Positions 60,328 through 64,000 of a stretch of 64,000 nucleotides of DNA are shown one piece after another. This DNA is from Candidatus Bathyarchaeota archaeon (GTDB lineage Archaea > Thermoproteota > Bathyarchaeia > Bathyarchaeales > Bathycorpusculaceae). The notes under the pieces were generated by a model. That model worked only from the letters and a program-made list of their open reading frames with translations. It searched no databases and was not told where the DNA came from. The position numbers were made by a program, and so were the translations under genes. Location: NCBI GenBank assembly GCA_963772455.1, contig CAVYXJ010000007.1:64001-128000 (forward strand). Direction: 5' to 3'. How positions within the stretch are numbered: position 1 is the stretch's first letter; each line of letters starts with the position of its first letter.

Positions 60328-61209
60328 ATGAAGATTATCTCTGGTCCAGCATCGAAAGAGCTTGCTGAAGCAGTTTCAGCCCAAACAGGTTTCCAAAATG
60401 TACCTGTTATTTCTAAGATTTTTCCTGACGGTGAATCCTACGTGCGTTTAGACGGGAATGTTCAGGGTGAAGATGTGGCTATCGTTCAGACAACTTGTCC
60501 GCCAATGCAGGATGGCAGGCTATTCCAGTTAGCTTTTTTGGCTGATTCGGCGAGGCGTGCAGGTGCAAAAAAAATCACTGGAATTGTACCATATTTAGCG
60601 TATGCTAGGCAAGACAAAACGTTCTTAGCAGGAGAAGGCATAAGCATCGAAACCATTGCCCGAATGCTTGGAGCTGCTGGAATCGATGAGTTCTTAACAG
60701 TGAATGTCCACTCGGAACCAACACTAGCGCAGTTTCCGTTTCCAGCAAAAAGTTTGAGTGCAATTCCTCTCATAGCAGAATACTTCGTAAAAAAAGGATT
60801 CAAAGGTGCATTCGCGCTTTCACCTGATAAAGGCGCTATGTACATTGCTAAGCAAGCGCAGGAAGTTTTAGGCGGCGATTTGGGGCACCTAAGTAAGACC
60901 CGCGACCGCTATACTGGACAAACCGTGCAGACCGCCGAAGGCTTAAATGTTAAGGGACAAACGGTCATCATCCTCGATGACATCATTAGTACAGGAGGAA
61001 CAATCGTTGGCGCAGCAAAAATCCTTCACGAACAAGGAGCAAAACATGTCTTCTGCGGATGCGTTCACGGCTTACTCATTGGTGACGCGGAAAAACGCAT
61101 TTTGGATGCAGGTGTCGAAGAAATCGTTGGTACCGACAGTGTTCCAGGCAATGTGAGCAAGGTGACGTTGGCACCACTAATAAGTAAAGAACTTAAGGCG
61201 CAGAAATAG
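60328..61209 (+). CDS. prs: Ribose-phosphate pyrophosphokinase
   Basis: FPDGE, PYLAYARQD, PDKGA, DDIISTGGT. Confidence 0.95.
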   Translation: MKIISGPASKELAEAVSAQTGFQNVPVISKIFPDGESYVRLDGNVQGEDVAIVQTTCPPMQDGRLFQLAFLADSARRAGAKKITGIVPYLAYARQDKTFLAGEGISIETIARMLGAAGIDEFLTVNVHSEPTLAQFPFPAKSLSAIPLIAEYFVKKGFKGAFALSPDKGAMYIAKQAQEVLGGDLGHLSKTRDRYTGQTVQTAEGLNVKGQTVIILDDIISTGGTIVGAAKILHEQGAKHVFCGCVHGLLIGDAEKRILDAGVEEIVGTDSVPGNVSKVTLAPLISKELKAQK

Positions 61210-62255
61210 TGCCCAAACTGTTCTTTTTGTTATCAGGCGAGAACGAGTCTATGCCTGCCGCTGAAGTAAAAGCCATTTTGGAAGCGGAAGGCTACAGCTA
61301 TGAGTGCATTTCAGAGTTTGACCAGATTCTAAGGTTGGAAGCAGAATTAGAAAGTGTGCAAGCCGTGCAGATTCGCTCGGCATATACACGATTTAGCGCT
61401 TTGGAACTTTTTGTTTCAGATGCAACCAATGTAGCCATAGCCAAAGCTGCAGCGGAAACAGATTTCAAAGCCATCGTCAAACCCGGAGAAAGTTTTGTTG
61501 TTCGAATTAATCGCATAAGAAATTATGCCGACCAAGCCATAAACACCATGGATCTTGAAAGCAAACTAGGCAAACAAATCCTAAACAGCACTGAAGGCAC
61601 CAAAGTCAGTCTGAAAAATCCAGATAAAACATTTATTGGAATAATAACAGATGAAAAATTGGTTTTAGGTTTAAAATTAACTGATATAACCAGCAAGACC
61701 TTCTCTGAACGCCGTCCACGAAAAAAACCCTTCTTTCATCCATCCGCGATGCCGTCAAAGATGGCGCGTTGCATGGTTAATCTAGCACATGGTAAAGCTG
61801 AATCACTAGTTTTGGATCCGTTCTGCGGAACAGGCACATCCCTCATTGAAGCCAGTTACATCGGCTGCCGTGCAGTCGGAGTAGATGCCCAGAAACGAAT
61901 GATTTTGGGTACAAGAAAAAATTTACGTTTCTTTAACATCTCTGCAGAAGGACTGATACTTGCGGATTCGCGGAAACCTCCGTTCTTCAAGGTTGATTGC
62001 GTCATAACTGACCCTCCGTACGGACGTTCATCAAGCACACTAAAATCGACCACCGAACAACTAGTTAAAGATGTTTTAGCTTCTTCGATGGAATTGCTGG
62101 GAATTGGACAAAGAATTTGTATAGCCTCCCCTAAAACATTAAACATAACGCATTTAGGAACAGAACTTGGTTATCGACATGTGGAATCCCATTTTGCATA
62201 TATTCATCAGTCCCTAACGAGGGAAATTGCAGTATTCGAAAAGGTGATAGCATGA
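61209..62255 (+). CDS. trm11: THUMP-domain tRNA (G10-N2) methyltransferase
   Basis: PFFHPS.M, DPFCGTG..LIEA, TDPPYGR, H.SLTR. Confidence 0.88.
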   Translation: MPKLFFLLSGENESMPAAEVKAILEAEGYSYECISEFDQILRLEAELESVQAVQIRSAYTRFSALELFVSDATNVAIAKAAAETDFKAIVKPGESFVVRINRIRNYADQAINTMDLESKLGKQILNSTEGTKVSLKNPDKTFIGIITDEKLVLGLKLTDITSKTFSERRPRKKPFFHPSAMPSKMARCMVNLAHGKAESLVLDPFCGTGTSLIEASYIGCRAVGVDAQKRMILGTRKNLRFFNISAEGLILADSRKPPFFKVDCVITDPPYGRSSSTLKSTTEQLVKDVLASSMELLGIGQRICIASPKTLNITHLGTELGYRHVESHFAYIHQSLTREIAVFEKVIA

Positions 62256-63172
62256 GTTTACGGATTGTGTTTTTGGGAACAAGCGGAAGCGTACCAACTT
62301 TAAAGCGCAGTTTACCTTCCGTAGTGGTACAATGTCCTCGGGATCAGTGGATGTTTGATTGCGGCGAAAACGTCCAACGCCAAATGATGCAAGCAAAAGT
62401 TAGTTTCCACCGAAAAATGAAGATTTTCATCACCCACTTGCACGGCGACCACGTGTTGGGTTTGCCAGGACTCTTACAAACTATGGCGCTAATGGATCGC
62501 AAAGAATCAGTTCAGATTTACGGTCCAAAAGGACTCAAAGAGTTCTTGGTCTGCACAAAAGAAACACTCAACTTCGGCTTAAATTACCCCGTTGAAATCA
62601 ACCAAATCATCTCAGAAGGTGTTGTTAGCGACCAAGAAGAATACATGGTTTTGGCAATCAAATCTAACCATGCAGTAGAGAGTTATGCTTATTCTTTTTT
62701 AGAGAAACCGCGTCCGGGCAAGTTTTATCCTAAAAAAGCTTTGGCGCTGGGTGTTGCGGCTGGTGAGTTATGGTCTAAGCTGCAAAAAGGTGAAGAAATC
62801 ACTTTATCAGATGGTAAGAAGATCAAGCCAAGCGATGTGATGGGTCCTCTTAGGGCTGGTCGTAAAATCGTTTACACAGGCGACACCAAACCTTTTGATT
62901 CCTTCGCGGGGTTTGCTGAGGGCGCTGATTTGGTTATTCATGATTGCACTTTTGATGATTCGTTGATTGAGAAGGCAGGTCTGGATGGGCATTCAACACC
63001 AAGTCAAGCTGCTGGGCAAGCAAAGGCAGCTGGAGCAAAACAGCTTGTATTGTCACATATCAGCGCTCGATACCCAAATGCAGAGCTGCTTTTAGAACAA
63101 GCAAAAAAAACTTTTGCAAACAGTGTACTTGCAGAAGATTTTATGGAGCTGGAGTTACCCTTAAGCGAGTAG
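62252..63172 (+). CDS. rnz: Ribonuclease Z
   Basis: FLGTSG.VPT, FDCGE, THLHGDH, GDT, HST, HISARY. Confidence 0.95.
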   Translation: MSLRIVFLGTSGSVPTLKRSLPSVVVQCPRDQWMFDCGENVQRQMMQAKVSFHRKMKIFITHLHGDHVLGLPGLLQTMALMDRKESVQIYGPKGLKEFLVCTKETLNFGLNYPVEINQIISEGVVSDQEEYMVLAIKSNHAVESYAYSFLEKPRPGKFYPKKALALGVAAGELWSKLQKGEEITLSDGKKIKPSDVMGPLRAGRKIVYTGDTKPFDSFAGFAEGADLVIHDCTFDDSLIEKAGLDGHSTPSQAAGQAKAAGAKQLVLSHISARYPNAELLLEQAKKTFANSVLAEDFMELELPLSE

Positions 63173-63943
63173 ATGCTTTAGTTTCTGAATGCTCTCAGAA
63201 ACATTATTCATAGATTCAACAATCACTTTTTTGTCATAGTCGTTTTTCTTAAGAGTCTCTGCAAACCAGTTCCAATCGATGTTGCCACCTCCAACACCGT
63301 TGTGCTGGTCATCACTGCCGTCGTTGTCGCTAGCATGGATATGAGTAATTTTGTCAGCAAGCAAGTTGAAGAAAGGTTGGATTTGCCCTTCAAGGTTAGC
63401 ATGTCCAAGATCCATAGTAATGCCGATTGGCAGATTAGTCTCTTTATACATTCGCATAAATTCTTCAGGCGTATTCATCAAAAACCAGTATTTGGCCGGT
63501 AAATTTTCCATGGCAATGTTTACGCCGTATTCTTCTGAGACCTTGTAAAGTTCTTGGATGCTTTGGCACATCTGTTTGAAGTCAGCTCCTGGATAAAATT
63601 GACCTATTCCTGTGCGTTGACCGGGGTGAAAGACCCATAGTTTAGCATCCATTTCATTGGCGTTTTGGAGTGATTGTTTGAGTCGTTTTAACGAAGCGTT
63701 CAACATCGGTTTGACAGGAGAAGCTATGTTGATGTCGGCAAACGGTGCATGCAAAGAATATTCTAAGCTGTATGATTTTGCTGTCTCTTTGAGAGTTGCG
63801 ATGCGGATTTTGTTCAAGTCATATGTACCATCATCCAAAATCTCAATGTACTTAGTATTCATGGCGCCTAATCGCTTAACCATGCGGTTAAATGGCTCGC
63901 CAAGACAGTAAAGCATTGAAACGCCAACTTTCGTTTTAGACAT
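63161..63943 (-). CDS. Sugar-phosphate isomerase/epimerase (AP endonuclease 2 TIM barrel)
   Basis: HAPF.D.N, HPG, MEN, DLGHA, HIHASDN....D.H, IDW. Confidence 0.85.
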   Translation of the reverse strand: MSKTKVGVSMLYCLGEPFNRMVKRLGAMNTKYIEILDDGTYDLNKIRIATLKETAKSYSLEYSLHAPFADINIASPVKPMLNASLKRLKQSLQNANEMDAKLWVFHPGQRTGIGQFYPGADFKQMCQSIQELYKVSEEYGVNIAMENLPAKYWFLMNTPEEFMRMYKETNLPIGITMDLGHANLEGQIQPFFNLLADKITHIHASDNDGSDDQHNGVGGGNIDWNWFAETLKKNDYDKKVIVESMNNVSESIQKLKHLLA

Positions 63944-64000
63944 ACTAGATCCTCGTAATTGGAATGTTGTGGTTGTACTATCAGATAAAGACTTTCCAAT

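Noticed and set aside
63944-64000. 3' end of an upstream gene at the window edge
   Set aside because: Frame cannot be determined from 57 nt
1-64000. CRISPR array, rRNA, IS element or provirus
   Set aside because: No periodic repeat-spacer pattern, long GC-rich structural RNA, transposase, integrase or capsid-like ORF recognised by eye

Overview
Archaeal chromosomal segment, AT-rich with many TTG/GTG starts. TFB, aIF1, PurP, aTrm11 and an A1-U72 tRNA-Gln mark it as archaeal; the gene content (divergent EF-2 paralogue, HdrCB-MvhGA, AOR, IOR) suggests Bathyarchaeia, which is an inference. It contains an AOR plus 4Fe-4S partner, a purE-purC-purP-purP block, an hdrC-hdrB-mvhG-mvhA hydrogenase locus, and a large aryl-acid/2-oxoacid cluster (ACD-GNAT, ACT, Liv-type ABC transporter, PaaK, IorAB, PaaI). 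It also carries tRNA enzymes, three tRNA genes and several patches of small or frameshifted ORFs. No CRISPR array, rRNA, integrase or transposase was recognised. Most notable: (1) IorA carries an internal ~135-aa 4x[4Fe-4S] domain colinear with the AOR partner protein at the window start; (2) an ACD-GNAT fusion with both catalytic His retained lies beside PaaK; (3) the EF-2 paralogue lacks the diphthamide loop; (4) hdrB is coupled directly to mvhG with no hdrA/mvhD; (5) a ~29-bp G-U-rich hairpin lies before cysS and a structured leader precedes tfb; (6) an unannotated CdrS-like RHH gene; (7) six single-frameshift genes. All calls come from manual motif reading; no searches were run.
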